Assembly: GCF_963921235.1 (NCBI RefSeq)
Contig: NC_086097.1
Span: forward strand, 106,766,001-106,830,000
Length of the DNA: 64,000 nucleotides
Direction: 5' to 3'
Source of the DNA: Mobula hypostoma
Lineage: Eukaryota
Both the position numbers and the translations under genes were made by a program. Shown here one piece after another: positions 62,029 to 64,000 of this stretch. A model generated the notes under the pieces. It was not told where the DNA came from. It saw nothing but the letters and a program-made list of their open reading frames with translations, and searched no databases. Numbering within the stretch: the stretch's first letter is position 1; the number at the start of each line of letters is the position of its first letter.

Positions 62029-63463
62029 TACATAGAAACATAGAAACATAGAAAATAGGTGCAGGAGTAGGCCATTCGGCCCTTCGAGCCTGCACCGCCA
62101 TTTATTATGATCATGGCTGATCATCCAACTCAGAACCCCGCCCCAGCCTTCCCTCCATACCCCCTGATCCCCATAGCCACAAGGGCCATATCTAACTCCC
62201 TCTTAAATATAGCCAATGAACTGGCCTCAGCTGTTTCCTGTGGCAGAAAATTCCACAGATTCACCACTCTCTGTGTGAAGAAGTTTTTCTTAATCTCGGT
62301 CCTAAAAGGCTTCCCCTTTATCCTCAAACTGTGACCCCTCGTTCTGGACTTCCCCAACATCGGGAACAATCTTCCTGCATCTAGCCTGTCCAATCCCTTT
62401 AGGATTTTATACGTTTCAATCAGATCCCCCCTCAATCTTCTAAATTCCAACAAGTACAAGCCCAGTTCATCCAGTTTTTCTTCATATGAAAGTCCTGCCA
62501 TCCCAGGAATCAATCTGGTGAACCTTCTTTGTACTCCCTCTATGGCAAGGATGTCTTTCCTCAGATTAGGGGACCAAAACTGCACACAATACTCCAGGTG
62601 TGGTCTCACCAAGACCTTGTACAACTGCAGTAGTACCTCCCTGCTCCTGTACTCGAATCCTCTTGCTATAAATGCCAGCATACCATTCGCCTTTTTCACC
62701 GCCTGCTGTACCTGCATGCCCACTTTCAATGACTGGTGTATAACGACACCCAGGTCTCGTTGCACCTCCCCTTTTCCTAATCGGCCACCATTCAGATAAT
62801 AATCTGTTTTCCTATTTTTGCCACCAAAGTGGATAACTTCACATTTATCCACATTAAATTGCATCTGCCATGAATTTGCCCACTCACCCAACCTATCCAA
62901 GTCACCCTGCATCCTCTTAGCATCCTCCTCACAGCTAACACTGCCGCCCAGCTTCGTGTCATCCGCAAACTTGGAGATGCTGCATTTAATTCCCTCATCC
63001 AAGTCATTAATATATATTGTAAACAACTGGGGTCCCAGCACTGAGCCTTGCGGTACCCCACTAATCACCGCCTGCCATTCTGAAAAGGTCCCGTTTATTC
63101 CCACTCTTTGCTTCCTGTCTGCTAACCAATTCTCCATCCACATCAATACCTTACCCCCAATACCGCGTGCTTTAAGTTTGCACACTAATCTCCTGTGTGG
63201 GACCTTGTCAAAAGCCTTTTGGAAATCCAAATATACCACATCCACTGGTTCTCCCCTATGCACTCTACTAGTTACATCCTCAAAAAATTCTATGAGATTC
63301 GTCAGACATTATTTTCCTTTCACAAATCCATGCTGACTTTGTCCGATGATTTCACCGCTTTCCAAATGTGCTGTTATCACATCTTTGATAACTGACTCCA
63401 GCAGTTTCCCCACCACCGACGTTAGGCTAACCGGTCTATAATTCCCCGGTTTCTCTCTCCCTC
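62029..63463 (-). mobile_element. Young 5'-truncated CR1
   Basis: ORF 62130-63263 is near-identical to the 46.3-kb copy; (CATAGAAA)3 tail. Confidence 0.96.
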
Positions 63464-63586
63464 ACTCATCAGCTAATCCCATCCAAAGATCACAATGCTA
63501 CCTATCCACCAATCTCACCTCCTAAATACTAACCATACTTCTTGAATACCAACATAACCCTCTGGTTACTTATTCTGTCATCTACC

Positions 63587-63800
63587 TATAGTCATAGTCA
63601 TACTTTATTGATCCCGTGGGAAATTGATTTTCGTTACAGTTGCACCATAAATAATTAAATAGTAATAAAACCATAAATAGTTAAATAGTAATATGTAAAT
63701 TATGCCAGGAAATAAGTCCAGGACCAGCCTATTGGCTCAGGGTGTCTGACCCTCCAAGGGAGGAGCTGTAAAGTTTGATGGCCACAGGCAGGAATGAGCT
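63587..63800 (-). mobile_element. Rex1-like 3' end
   Basis: (ATAGTC)n tail followed by ACTTTATTGATCCC, then GAGCTGTAAAGTTTGATGGCCACAGG. Confidence 0.55.
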
Positions 63801-64000
63801 CCACAGAATCTAACAAGTCCCTATTGCTCTACTCAGAAGATGGCCCCAATACCTCTTTCTCAATCTCAGTCTTGTTCTTTACTCTTGCCTCACTTGCCAG
63901 CAATCCTGTCAAACCAAGACGTGCATATATTTTTTTTGTGTGTGTGCTCCTGATCAGTGCAGCAAAGGGAGGAATGGTTTGGTTGTACGAGGCTTGTACG

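Noticed and set aside
10774..63336. Recurrent antisense ORFs (e.g. MNLLCTPS..., MPPKWITSH..., MLVNAAGQAAS...) as a gene family
   Set aside because: They are shadow frames of repeated CR1 and Penelope copies.

Overview
Eukaryotic, repeat-saturated, apparently non-coding DNA. The repeat inventory suggests a cartilaginous fish such as a ray or shark; this is inference from the element families, not a database result. Most of the window consists of nested transposable elements. These include many CR1 LINEs (two near full length with an SGNH-esterase ORF1 and APE-RT ORF2), Rex1/Babar-type LINE pieces, an L1/Tx1, two RTEs, a HERO fragment, Penelope-like elements carrying minimal hammerhead ribozymes, V-SINE-like SINEs, two LTR remnants, and hAT, Tc1/mariner and PIF/Harbinger MITEs. 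Essentially every long ORF in the track is TE-derived, and no intact host gene is visible; there is only a weak minus-strand exon candidate at 1-126. The most unusual signal is the DNA between the TEs. From about 0.8 to 54.2 kb it is a strand-consistent, highly degenerate tandem repeat of about 22 nt (consensus GGAGATCAGCTACAAAAGAGCA). On the minus strand each unit reads as branch point, pyrimidine tract and AG, and each unit carries two WGCW motifs. A young, related 26-28-nt array with a ~1-kb higher-order duplication lies at 14.8-18.1 kb, and a second C/A-rich repeat of about 20 nt appears after ~56 kb. Many element boundaries were read by eye and are approximate unless a TSD or TIR is quoted.
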